From Octopus sinensis (taxonomy: Eukaryota), in NCBI RefSeq assembly GCF_006345805.1, contig NC_043011.1:47752464-47816463 (forward strand): a stretch of DNA of 64,000 nucleotides. Direction: 5' to 3'. The notes under the pieces are model-generated. The model worked only from the letters and a program-made list of their open reading frames with translations, had not been told where the DNA came from and did no database searches. The stretch's first letter is position 1, and every line of letters begins with the position of its first letter. Below, one piece after another: positions 1 through 12,577 of the stretch. A program made the translations under genes and the position numbers.

Positions 1-24
1 CAACCACTCCTGCGCCTGTATTAA

Positions 25-247
25 CCCTATCAATACCAACCCAGCTGGAACCGCCTCTGGTTCTGTAGTACAAATGTCTTGCTTTCATAAATTCTGAATT
101 AAAATCTTCCACAAACACCTTAATCATAATTTATGTTCCTAACACTCGCCTAATGATATCTAAGTTATTTCACTAAATTCTTTGTTACATCTCAAATTAA
201 TCGAAAGAAACACAGAGCATCTCAACAGAAATATGGTAACCAAAGGG
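25..247. mobile_element. piggyBac-type MITE, family P1
   Basis: TTAA|CCCT...AGGG|TTAA ends (TTAA at 21-24 and 248-251); homologous along its length to 2475-2696. Confidence 0.8.
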
Positions 248-495
248 TTAAATTTGATCACAGGATTGACCTGGGATTTGAAAATAGCTATAAGTAAATA
301 CTTTGCTTTTCTTTATGGAATGAAGTATTTCATATTTCTAATCTGTCTGACTTAAGCTGTTATCTGTTATCTGTTACATAGAAAACAGAAGCCATGTGTT
401 GTTATAAACTCAAGTAAGATTCCTTTGATTGCTGTTTCTAGTGTTTGGTTTAGAAGGAAATATCTCATAGACTCTTAGTTTGACCTGAGTATTAA

Positions 496-715
496 CCCTT
501 TAGCGTTCAAATTAATATGTCAATAATAATCTTTATTCATTTACATTTAAAAAAATTAATCTGGTATTATCTTGTAGCTTCAAAATTTGAAAGATGTAAT
601 GGTTTATTTTTAGAATGACATTGCAGGGTAGGTGTGAGATACTGGTTCTGGCCAGTTTGAGCATAAAACGAGCAGAATATATAGGCCGGATATAGCCGGT
701 TTAAACACTAAAGGG
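496..715. mobile_element. piggyBac-type MITE, family P2
   Basis: TTAA|CCCTTTAGCGTT...AACACTAAAGGG|TTAA; reverse-orientation homologue at 45857-46075. Confidence 0.8.
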
Positions 716-1112
716 TTAAAGTGAAAAACAAATCTCGAATCAATGGGGATCCATTAAACAGTTTTTCTGAAACTGCTAGAAATAACAGCATCAAACTACT
801 TCAAATCAAAGGCCACTGTTTTAAAACAGGAAGGATACTCAAGTCCTAGATATACAAAAGAAAGTTATGGCTAAGAACAAAATGCTTTTGGTCACAGAAC
901 TGACCATTCAAAGTTGCTCACCAGTAATCCGGCCACAGCTACCATTATCAGCATCACCAACATAGATGGATGCTTTTAGGAAACTAAACCTTCAGAGTTG
1001 ATGCCAAAGATTGCAATTTACAATAAGATGCTGTGTCAGAGAAAATCCTCCAAACCACGCAAGCTTATAAAATTCGTTTTACAATAACTACAATAAAAAG
1101 AACGTGCACCTT

Positions 1113-2010
1113 TGGCTGAGCTATTGTAGAAGACACTTGCTCAAGGTACCATACAGTGAAACGGAACCCAGGTGATTAGGAAGTGAACTTCTGACCACAG
1201 GGTCATGCTTGTACCTATTCTTTTATTTGTTTCAGTCATTAAAATGTGACCATGCTGGGGCATTACCTTGATTTTTCTTTTAGTTGAATGGATCCCCCCC
1301 CCCAGTGCTTATATTTTCAGTCAGGTACTTATTTCACCAGTCTCTGTTACTGAACAGCTAAGTTACAAGGACATAAAAATACCAACACTGGTTGTCAAGC
1401 AGTTGTGGGGGACTAACACAGATACAAAGGCACACACATGTAGGGATATACACACACATATATACATTTACTCTCATACTTGTTTCAGTCACTTGACTGT
1501 GGCCATGCTGGAGCACTGCCTTTAGTTGAGCAAATCGACCCCAGGACTTATTCTTTGTAAGCCTAGTACTTATTCTATCGGTCTCTTTTGTTGAACCGCT
1601 AAGTTACGGGGACATAAACACACCAGCATCAGTTGTCAAGCGATGTTGGGGGAACAAACACAGACACACAAACATATACACACACATACATATATATATA
1701 TTTATATACATATATATAATGGGCTTCTTTCAGTTTCCGTCTACCAAATCCACTCACAAGGCTTTGGTTGGCCTGAGGTTATAGTAGAAGACACTTGCCC
1801 AAGGTGCCACGCAGTGGGAATGATCCTGGAACTGAAAGAAGCCCATAAGCCCATTTCGTGGGCTTCTTTCAGTTTCCATCAACCGAATACACTTACAAGG
1901 CTTTGGTCAGCCCGAGGCTATAGTAGAAGACACTTGTCCAAGGTGTCACACAGTGGGACTGAACCCATACAGTTAGGAAGTAAACTTCTGATCACACAGC
2001 CATGCCTGTA
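1113..2010 (-). mobile_element. Cluster of tRNA-derived SINE family A copies/fragments (1113-1215, 1215-1460, 1470-1820, 1860-2010)
   Basis: Reverse complement of family A blocks (GGCACCTTGGGCAAGTGTCTTCTACTATAGCC; ACTGAAACAAGTAAAAGAG tail) seen in many window copies. Confidence 0.8.
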
Positions 2011-2220
2011 CCGAGATTAATTAAAAATAATTATCAATAATGATTATACACATGGAAAAATTGTGGAAATTGATACCAATTAAGTATATAAGCTGAAATA
2101 TTATCAAAGGAATAACTAATAGTTAAAAAAAAATATGATTGACATCATATGCACTCAAAACAGCCTGTTTATGAGAATATATGAATTAGTAAAGATACTG
2201 ATGTGTTGTACTATTTCAAA

Positions 2221-2770
2221 GACATCTGCAGTCATCAATTTGTAGTTTTGTAACAAAAGGACAGAAGTAACCAATAATGAGAGTATTTAAAATATGGAAG
2301 CATTTGGTGATAAAATTATTTGCATTCTAGATCATGTCCTCAATATCCTTCCATTAGCTAACTGCTGTTTCTACTATCAGATGAAGTGGACACATGGTTG
2401 AATGCCTGACATCTGCAGTCATCAGTTTATATTTTTCTAATAAAAGGACAAAACTAGTCAATAAGAATATTTAACCCTTTTGATACTAACTCGCCCGAAA
2501 CCTCTTCTAGCTCTGTAGTACAAATGTCTTATTTTCAAAAATTCTGCATTAAAATCTGCCACCAAACCTTAGTCACAATTTATGTTCCTAACACTAGCTT
2601 AATGATTACTAAGTTATTTTATTAAATTCTTTGTTATATTTAAAATTAATTGAAAGAAACACAGAGCATCTCAAAATAAATATGGTAATGAAAAGGTTAA
2701 AACATGGAAGTATTTGGTGGTGAAACTATTTACATTATAGATTATGTCCTCAATATCCTTCCATAGTTAA
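2221..2770 (+). repeat. Old local duplication (~140 bp; 2221-2361 and 2408-2474+2701-2770), second copy split by a MITE
   Basis: GACATCTGCAGTCATCA...ATGTCCTCAATATCCTTCCAT present twice. Confidence 0.8.
2475..2696. mobile_element. piggyBac-type MITE, family P1
   Basis: TTAA TSD at 2471-2474 and 2697-2700; homologous to 25-247. Confidence 0.85.
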
Positions 2771-4280
2771 AGTTCATGACTGCAAATCAGTGGGACATGT
2801 ATTTGCCCATTTGGGTAAAATCATTCAATAAACTAGCAAACAAAAAAAAAAGTTTTAAAAATCTGTCACTTTTTAGTGACAGATGTATCTATGTGGTTAT
2901 ATGTCATTGTAACCCATCATTTTCAGCAAGCAGTATTTTACAACTGTTTTTACAAATTAATGGGCTCAGCATTTTGGTTAAGATCTTTCATTATTAAATA
3001 CAAAGTGCTAAGTCTTTAGGCAAGAAATTTATCAATGCTTGCAATCATCAATTTGACTGGCTGCACCATTCTCTATAATTGGATGCAATAACAAATAAAT
3101 TAACAGGAAAACTAAAATCAAAGCCCTCGCTTCAATTTCTCAATTTGTAAAATATATTTAAAACCGCAGTTTCTAAATTGCTGTGAAATTGCTATTTGCC
3201 ACTGAAAAGTTATTGAATTTGAAGAATATTTATGTGGCTAAACTTTTCGCCAATGCACACTTAACTGAATATTTAATGTTTTATGGAAAACAAAATATTC
3301 CGATGACTCAATTGAAAGCTGGTAAATTTTTAAATAGTTTTAAGATTGATTTCGGTGGGAACTAAAAAAAAAAATGAAATATATCAATAAATGAATGAAG
3401 AATTTGATAAAAAAAAATATCTTCCTGTCATTTTACAAAGTTTGACAATGCAAATAATGTTAACTATGTTTAAATCATCTTAAACTATTTAAACTTTAAA
3501 ATAAAAATTAAAAACACACAATCAAATGAATAATAAATACACAATTTCATTCTAGAATTGTTTTTCAATTAATAATTTCTTTTTTGTTTTTTTAGACAAA
3601 TTGATTTTCCTGTTAGTAAAATGGAATTTCGAATTATTACTTTTGCCTTTATTTATTTATTTATTTTGTTGTTGTTTTTTTTTTGCATGTTTCTTTTAAA
3701 CTATCAAAACTTTCATTTCAAAATTCTCAAAATATCCCACTAGAATTAATAATTTAAAAAACAAATATATGACACATGAAAATCCTGATTTGCTATGAGG
3801 ATATGTTATCCAAACACTTAGGGAGTTTAAAAAATATTGTTTCCCATTTTAAAGATATTAGGGGTTTTTTTGAGGAAGGAAATTTGGTTGCTATGCTGAA
3901 GTAAATTGAGTGACTATTTTGATTTTCCAAAGAAAAGAATTCTTGATTAAATCAAAGGGATCACAGCTTGAAGAACTGGATAAAAGCTTTCCCCAGTTCT
4001 GCATAATATCTGGACACATGTAGCCTCTATGCGGTCACTGAAATTGCTAAAATTAGCAGCCAAATTTCCCCTCAAATCACATGCTGTTCGTTTAAAAGAA
4101 TAAATGACATATTCGATCATATAATCTTTGGTACACTATGCTTGAAAAAGGAAAAAAAAAAGACAGTCATTTCTGTAACGCATTCAATCTGATGGACCAG
4201 AACTGATCTGGGAGTGGAGGTAAACTATTTTCTGTTCATGCGTATACATACACACATGTATATATATATATATATATATA

Positions 4281-4786
<506 letters not shown>

Positions 4787-5192
4787 GTATGTATGCATAT
4801 ATGTAAATAAGTATGCCTATATACACATACATATAATATACATGTAAGCACATACACATATACTTGCATACACACACACATATATGCATGCATCCATACA
4901 CATACAAATGTACATACATGCACATTTATACAAATCTTGGTTTACCGGTTCCTAAGAAAACAGACCAAATAAAAGATTCAAAGCGTTGGATCAGAATGTT
5001 AATAGGTTTCATTAACAATATAAAGATCATCGTCAGCACCATTATCATCATACATTTCAAAGGTCTCACTGCCTTTGATAATGTGTGAGTATAGATGTAA
5101 GAATTATAAGTTTTCTTTCCTTTATGAAGATGACATGTTATGATACAGTGATGGTAATAAGTAGAAATCGTAAATTAGAAATTTATACTTAC

Positions 5193-5253
5193 CGGTAGAA
5201 CATTTCATGAAGGCGCAAAGCAAATTTTCCTGCAAGAATTGGAAATGACTTAC
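5193..5253 (-). other. Candidate 61-nt host exon
   Basis: Minus strand: long polypyrimidine tract TTCTTTTTATTTTAG acceptor and CCG|GTAAGTA donor; two open frames (xKSFPILAGKFALRLHEMFYR; VSHFQFLQENLLCAFMKCST); product not recognised. Confidence 0.45.
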
Positions 5254-5755
5254 CTAAAATAAAAAGAATTAAAAAAATAAACATTGTATTAAAATAAAGT
5301 TTTAATTATCTATTTCTTTTTGTTTTCTTTTTTGAAGAATTCTAAAATAAGTATGGGAATTAATTTAGAAAGCTAAATTAATGCATTTTGGAAATCATCA
5401 GAATTCATTGCTATGGCTTTCTAAAATGAATACTTGTAATTATGTATTTCATAAGTTTTTCAAGTAAATAATGATTAGTTGCATAACATTGGATTTATAG
5501 AATACTACTGAATATATTTCAATGCTTCATCTTTTATCAAAGTATAGTTTGGGTAAATCAGCTTGCCGGATCTCATCATCCAATTTTAATCCTTTCCATT
5601 GAAAAGACTTAAAATTAGTATTGAAAATGCACGAAGAACATTCACCAGTCAAACAATTCTCCCACTGATTACAACAGCAAATTTCAGACGTTAGAACGTG
5701 ATCTAAAGCTAGACTAGCTCTTCTGTCAGCAAACCCCCTTAGATCCACGCCTGTA

Positions 5756-6184
5756 TACTCTTTTTACTCTATTTTACTCTTTTTATTTGTTTCAGTCATT
5801 TGACTGTGGCCATGCTGGAGCACCACCTTTAGTCGAGCAAATCGACACCAGGACTTATTCTTTGTAAGCCTAGTACTTTTTCTATCAGTCTCTTTTGCCG
5901 AACCGCTAAGTTACGGGGACGTAAACACACCAGCATCGGTTGTCAAGCGATGTTGGGGGGACAAACACAGACACACAAACACACACACACACACATATAT
6001 ATACATATATATATATATATACGACGGGCTTCTTTCAGTTTCCATCTAACAAATCCACTCACAAGGCTTTGGTCGGCCCGAGGCTATAGTAGAAGACACT
6101 TGCCCAAGGTGCCACGCAGTGGGGCTGAACCCGGAACCATGTGGTTGGTAAGCAAGCTACTTACCACACAGCCACTCCTACACC
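5756..6184 (-). mobile_element. SINE family A, full length
   Basis: Head, body, central microsatellite and (GAGTAAAA)n-like tail all present. Confidence 0.85.
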
Positions 6185-6699
6185 TATGATGATAATGACA
6201 ATGGTGCTGGTAATGATCTATATGATGTTTAATCCCAGTTGAGTGATGACTGAACAGACTTATGATTAAAAAGTATTTCAGCTATTCTTTTGGTAATTTT
6301 TCATTGTTATGTGAAGGGTTCTATTTATTGTCCAATGCATCATTTCTTTGTTGCAAAACAGTGGAATATGTAATTTGACAAAGATTAGGGTGTTTTTTTC
6401 TTGTAGAATGAGCAATTGTATAGAGGTTTCCTTCATGATAGTTTTACCAACGTAACATAAGCCAGATCCACATATGTGAATTAAACAAGCAGAACATGAT
6501 TTAGTCAATGTTTCTCCTCAGCTGATCAGTGATAACATGACTTGGCCAGTCAGTTAAAGATTCCACTATGTAAACTATTGAAGGCATGACAGATGAAGAA
6601 AGACTTGTGTAGATCATTAGAATTATCATCGTTGTTGACATTTATGTCTATTTATTCATGCTTGTATGGGCCCTATACATATATATATATATATATATA

Positions 6700-6849
6700 T
6701 GACGGGCTTCTTTCAGTTTCCATCTAACAAATCCACTCACAAGGCTTTGGTCGGCCCGAGGCTATAGTAGAAGACACTTGCCCAAGGTGCCATGCAGTGG
6801 GACTGAACCCGGAACCATGTGGTTCGTAAGCAAGCTACTTACCACACAG
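6700..6849 (-). mobile_element. SINE family A, 5' half
   Basis: Near-identical to 6022-6169. Confidence 0.8.
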
Positions 6850-7194
6850 AACACAGTAAATTATCACTTGTTGCAGTCCTTTATCTTCACTCTGATGAGA
6901 CTTTGCTCCCTGAAATTAGCTATCACCACTTTTCCCCATATATTTCTTTTTTTCTTCTTTCCCCACTTCATTGGTTCCTTCTGTATGGATTACCGAGAAC
7001 TTCTTTATCCAAATGTTATTCGGATAAAGAAGTATTAATCTATACATATAGAAGGAACTTCTCTTGTAGGTGTCTCCTAAGAAAGAATCAGGAGATTCCC
7101 AACCTTGTTCAAACCAGGATAGCATCTCATTTAAACTCATTTTCCCCCTCATCATTTGTGATATAACTCTATAATATTTACAATTTCTAAGGCA

Positions 7195-7405
7195 ATGAGC
7201 TGGTAGAATCATTAGAATACAAGGCAAAAAGCATAGTGGCATTTCATCAGTCTTTGTGTTCTGAGTTCAAATGCCGCTGAGATCAACTTTGCTTTTCATC
7301 ATTTTGGAGGTCAATAGAAGTACCGGTTGAGCACTGGGGTTGATGTAATCAATTTACCCACTTCCTCTGAATTGCTAACCTTGTGCCAAAATTTAAAATC
7401 AATAA
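7195..7405 (+). mobile_element. SINE family B, diverged
   Basis: GAGCTGGTAGAATC head, TTCTGAGTTCAAAT B-box, CAACTTTGCTTTTCATC core. Confidence 0.7.
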
Positions 7406-7451
7406 GAGCTTTAACAATATATACATACATATATATATATATATGTATATA

Positions 7452-7503
<52 letters not shown>

Positions 7504-7532
7504 CATACATACATACACACATACATATATGT

Positions 7533-7805
7533 GGCGGCGCAATGGCCCAGTGGTTAGAGCAGCGGACTCGTGGTCGTAGGATCGCAGTTTCGATTCCCAG
7601 ACCGGGCATTGTGAGTGTTTATTGAGCGAAAAACACCTAAAGCTCCACGAGGCTGTACTCTTTTGCCACAACTTTCTCTCAGTCTTTCTTCTCTTGGTCT
7701 GCTCGCTTAGCCAGTGGGGTGGCATCATTTGGAGGCTAAAACAATGCGAAGCGCATTGTGTCCAGCGATGTGTAGCAACATCTGATAGCCTGGTCGGTCA
7801 CAGTG
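7533..7805 (+). mobile_element. tRNA-headed SINE, family C variant
   Basis: GGCGCAATGGCCCAGTGGTTAGAGC A-box and GTTTCGATTCC B-box; related copy at 28645-28862. Confidence 0.75.
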
Positions 7806-8192
7806 ATATACATATATATATTTGTGTGTGTTTATATGTGTCTGTGTCTGTCCCCCTACCGTTGATTGTCTCCGTAAGTTAGCGGTTAGGCAAAAGTGAC
7901 CAATATAATAGGTACTAGGCTTACAAAGCATAAGTCCTGAGGTTGATGATCCAGCATGGCCGCAATCAAATGACTGAAATGAAAGAACATCCTTCAAATC
8001 ATGCACTTAAAGAGACATGAAGTAACCTTGTCTTGGATATACTATTTTCGAAATGAAAATTAGGATAGTCACAGCTATAATGGTTCCGACCAAAAGTCTG
8101 CTTGATGTAAAATGACTTGAGGAATTAGTAATAAAATACAATTTAGCACTTTGTGTTATTCTGTGTGTGCTCAGGCATGTGTGTATGCATAA

Positions 8193-8224
<32 letters not shown>

Positions 8225-8264
8225 TTATGTGTGTACATGTGTTTATTTATGTGTATCTATGTTC

Positions 8265-8298
<34 letters not shown>

Positions 8299-8513
8299 AT
8301 CTGAAAGACTAGGAAAATCTTAGCATGGGGTAAAAGTTGGACAAGTATTGAAATGTTTAAAAAAATGTTTTCTTAGAATAGATTAACAAAATACAATAAT
8401 AATAAAATATAAAAGACTAAATGAGTATCCCATTAGATTTTCAGTTGTTTTTCTTTTTTCATTATTATGTCTTTTGTTTTGCTGTTTACTAAAAATGACC
8501 TCCTACAACTTCT

Positions 8514-8554
<41 letters not shown>

Positions 8555-8563
<9 letters not shown>

Positions 8564-8751
8564 GGAGCTTCTACAGGACTAGTACTGTTTCATTCAAGAG
8601 AAATCTTCAGGAAGCTCAGCTTCCTGAAGATTTCTCTTGAATGAAACAGTACTAGTCCTGTAGAAGCTCCTTCTATATAATAAATTAATTTACTCTGCTA
8701 TGTATTGAGTACCTTACTTACTGTGGTTAACCCGGATCAACCCGGGACCTA
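8555..8751. mobile_element. Penelope-like pLTR remnant with perfect palindrome, between (TA)n tracts
   Basis: 8561-8616 is the exact reverse complement of 8618-8673 (1-nt spacer); contains a hammerhead fold; flanked by (TA)n. Confidence 0.7.
8618..8668 (+). ncRNA. Type I hammerhead ribozyme motif (mirror copy on minus strand at 8566-8616)
   Basis: Stem I AGCTTC/GAAGCT; core CTGAAGA (8624-8630); stem II TTC/GAA; GAAA (8643-8646); stem III ACAG/CTGT; cleavage triplet GTA (8660-8662). Confidence 0.75.
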
Positions 8752-8752
8752 C

Positions 8753-8829
<77 letters not shown>

Positions 8830-8835
8830 TATAGG

Positions 8836-8866
<31 letters not shown>

Positions 8867-8878
8867 TATATATATGTG

Positions 8879-8919
<41 letters not shown>

Positions 8920-8935
8920 TTATATATATACATAC
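8752..8935. repeat. (TA)n-rich microsatellite
   Basis: Direct reading; similar tracts at 7417-7530, 9445-9652, 15790-15905, 35420-35880, 57010-57270, 61145-61370, 63270-63580. Confidence 0.95.
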
Positions 8936-9484
8936 ACACGTTATTGTCAATTTTGAATCGATCAAAATGAGGCATATAAAGAGATTATAATAATAGCCAT
9001 TCCAAAAAGACAGAGCATTTTTTAGGGAGGAAAAAAATTTATACGAGTTGAAATGATGTTTCTGTCTTTGCAGTGTATTGCTGAGCTTGCTCCCAAGTAT
9101 AATACTGTATAAGCTGATCACTTCAATAAAAATAAGCATACAAATACACACACACACATAAACATACATACAATCATATACAAACATAAAGAAGATGACA
9201 ATATGTATGTTTTACAGATTATATGTGCGTGTGTACACGTACACGCACATACACACACATATATATATATATAGCCATATATATGCAAGCACATGCAGTT
9301 ATATACAGAAAAATCATATTGTATGTGCTTTCATGTACACTATATGTTTATGTGTGGGTATTTATTCTTCTCTACAAAATTGGGTATTTGACAGTGGAGC
9401 CAGCGAAAGATTGGATGTTTCCATCCCTATTTTCCTCGTGTGTACATATATATAGATATATCTATCTATCTATATATATATATA

Positions 9485-9526
<42 letters not shown>

Positions 9527-9597
9527 ATATATTATATATATATATATATTTATATGTATAAATATATATATATATATACATGTAACTATATACATAC

Positions 9598-9651
<54 letters not shown>

Positions 9652-9652
9652 A

Positions 9653-12091
9653 CTAGCAGAATTTCCGGCGATGCTCGGGGCTGAATTGCTTGAAAGTACT
9701 GTTAATGATTGCACTGAATTATGATGATTATTCAGGCAAATATTGATATAAGTTTACGGCGAATGAATGTATTTGTAAGTGTATAGAAAGCCGTGTAAAG
9801 GGGTTCCTACCCCCTCGTAGAATGGTGTAAGAATTGAATGCGAGGTTGCCTTGAAAAGAGCCATGTTATTGTTGTCATAATTGTAAGAATTTGATAGTCG
9901 TGGAAGGCGGTGTAAAACGTTCGCAGGTGAATAGGGTCTCTTCGTTTTCCACCGAACATGTACGTATGCATGTATATGTATGTATGTATGCCTGTATATA
10001 TGTACAAAATCCACTGAGATGGCTTTTGTTGGTCTGAAGCTACAGCAGAAGACACATGCCAAGTCACCACATAGTGGGACTGAACCCAGGACCATGTGTT
10101 TGGAACGTAGTTTGTTACCACACAGCCACACCTGCCTCTATGTATGTGTGTGTGTGTGTGTCTGCGTATGTGTGTATGGGTAGATATATTATGCATGTAT
10201 ATATGTGTATATATATATGTGTACATATTACATGTACATCTATATATATACATCTACACATAAAATACAAAATTATATCTTGATATCGCTAGCGATAACA
10301 ATACTCAAAATATATAACAGACTGGAATTGTAGGCCCGTCTCTTGCAATTTCGATCAATTGCATCTTGTCCTCCCTCTTGTATAGAAGTTTACGGCTGCA
10401 GCGAAATTCATTTTTGGACTTTCTTCTATCGAAGGCATTTTAACAAAAATGCTTCCGTAAAGACGGTGAAAATATTGTCAATTTCCCCAAAGAGGGACAC
10501 AATTCAATTTTTAACAATAACCAAAGCCCCTTCTCCGAAAGGGGGAGGGTTACGGTTTACAATTATTTAACAAATGCAACACAACAACGTTTCCCTGACG
10601 AGGAACCAAGAAACGTGATTACAATAGTCAAACAGTAATAATAATAACAACAAACCTTTTTAAATTATCCCCATTTATGTGAAACCCCTTATTCAAGTTC
10701 AAGTCATTCATGCAATTTTATACAATTGCTAATACACACACATACACATAATAAGGGTGACTATTAATGGCTCATCCCTGTTATATATACTTTCACTTTA
10801 ATAGTTTCACACTTGCAAAGAGAAAGTAGGAGAAAGTGTGGTGGTTATAGCAGGAGTAAACCACTTGAAATGAGAGAGGCAAATCGTAAAATATTGAGTT
10901 TTCTCGAAATTTTGCTTAATTGGGGGTCAAATTGAAAAAACTTTACATGCCATGACCCAATCGAATCTACTTGGAAAAATTCCAATTGAAGAAATTCAAT
11001 ATTGTAGAATTGTATTAAAAAGGAACATGGGAACAGGCAGAGAAAATCTGCCATGGAATCCCACCTTATTAATAAATACAGACCACTTCTAAACACATCC
11101 CCCTAACACGAACCCACAACAAATACACTTACACCTGCACACACTTTTACCCAGATATTAACACCATGACACACGCAAATATATGGTTCCACACATACAC
11201 ATAATTTGATACGGGTGCAAAACATCCAACACTATTTTTTGGAAATGACTGTAAATATTGACTTCACACAAACACGTTGCTTCCCGATACAGGCACAAGG
11301 CCAGCAGAACTATAAATATTGAAAATTGTACCCACACACGCACACATATATACACGCGCGCGCGCCCCAACATACATATAAACACACGCGCGCGCGCACA
11401 CATACATACATATAGCTCTTCCTGTCCTAAACGAACTTACTTATCCAGCTCAAATTCAGTCAAGCGGAAAATACACTCCTTAACTACGCGCTAAAAAGCT
11501 ATTTAAAATATTCACATGCCGTCTACTGACCAGCCTGAACAATAAGAATTTTCAACAACGCTATTTTCGAAAACTCCATACACCACCCACACCAACATTC
11601 ATTATAAACATTCACGTGACCTCTCTATTATGACCACATCCACGTGACCTCTTTATTATGACCAATAAGAAATTTTAGGCGTGACACTAGCCAAATTTTA
11701 ACATCTCTGGAGCCAATATTCTTACCCCAACACCAACTTCCATTCAAACATTCACGTGACCCCTTTATAATGACCAATCAAAATTGTATTGACCATTGTC
11801 CACAAGAAATTTTAGGCGCGAAACCAAGCAAACCTTAAACAACTCTGGAGCCTCTTTTTCACATATAAGAGACAGCAAACCCAACATAAAGTCAGATAAG
11901 AGAAAAAATCTATCAGAAAGGAACTCTATCTCTCTTAAAAAAATATTTTTTGATAAGCATAACAAATGCGCAACCGGTAAAAAGAACTTCCACCTAATTA
12001 AATACACTCTCCCTTACTTAAATTATTTTGTCAGCATTTTCTTCATTTCCTTTTTTTATATATCACAACTCGTGTCCACATCTCCTTTTTT

Positions 12092-12100
<9 letters not shown>
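9653..12100 (-). mobile_element. Probable larger non-autonomous Helitron (3' end certain, 5' end not located)
   Basis: A|CTAGCAGAATTTCCGGCGATGCTCGGG equals a minus-strand hairpin + CTAG|T terminus like the three short Helitrons; extent to ~12.1 kb is inferred. Confidence 0.45.
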
Positions 12101-12158
<58 letters not shown>

Positions 12159-12322
12159 GGTGAGAAAATTGGTGTGTGAAAGCACGTGGTTGAATATATA
12201 GAAAATAGTAAAAAGTGAAAAAAACTACACAAGGCTTGTTTTAAAAGGTTAAAAAATATATATTTGAGTCATTATGTCTGAAGAATGTTATAAATTATTT
12301 TCATACAATGACATAGCTTTTG

Positions 12323-12362
12323 AAGAAATGACCAGTTTCGCGTTCAGCTTTTCAAATTTCTT
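12323..12362 (-). ncRNA. Minimal type I hammerhead motif, U3-A8 variant (second copy on + at 12614-12653)
   Basis: AAGAAAT-TTGAAAA-GC TGAAC GC-GAAAC TG GTC-ATTTCTT: 7-bp stem I, 2-bp stem II, minimal stem III, GUC site. Confidence 0.7.
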
Positions 12363-12454
12363 ACATCGTTATGTTTACGTTGAGAAGTGTGAAGAGAAGT
12401 TCCAGATAAGGGGAGGTAATAAGTGATTTCTTCCGGTGTAAGGGAGATAATTGC

Positions 12455-12577
12455 TTAATATTTCTTGCCTTTTTTTTGGAGTGAGTTTCTCTGTATAAGA
12501 ATGTTGGAAAAGTTAAGTTTGGGCTTGTGTTTTTCAATGAAGAATGTTTCCTTGTTTAGTCTAATTTGTGTTGGTGT
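12455..12577 (-). pseudogene. GIY-YIG endonuclease C-terminal fragment (Penelope-like)
   Basis: Translates TPTQIRLNKETFFIEKHKPKLNFSNILIQRNSLQKKGKKY*; matches the R-x-x-K-E-x-x-x-I-x-x-x-x-P-x-L-N GIY-YIG end motif. Confidence 0.75.

Noticed and set aside
6886-6930. CTGATGA...GAAA hammerhead-like boxes and a nearby LYGLP peptide
   Set aside because: Stems I-III do not form; no further PLE RT similarity visible
7533-7605. tRNA-like sequences (also 14427, 38311, 47920, 52432)
   Set aside because: SINE heads continuing into shared SINE bodies; no complete cloverleaf or terminator
10588-10620. CTGACGA-GGAACCAA-GAAACGTG hammerhead-like string
   Set aside because: No stem I, poor stem II geometry and G at the cleavage position
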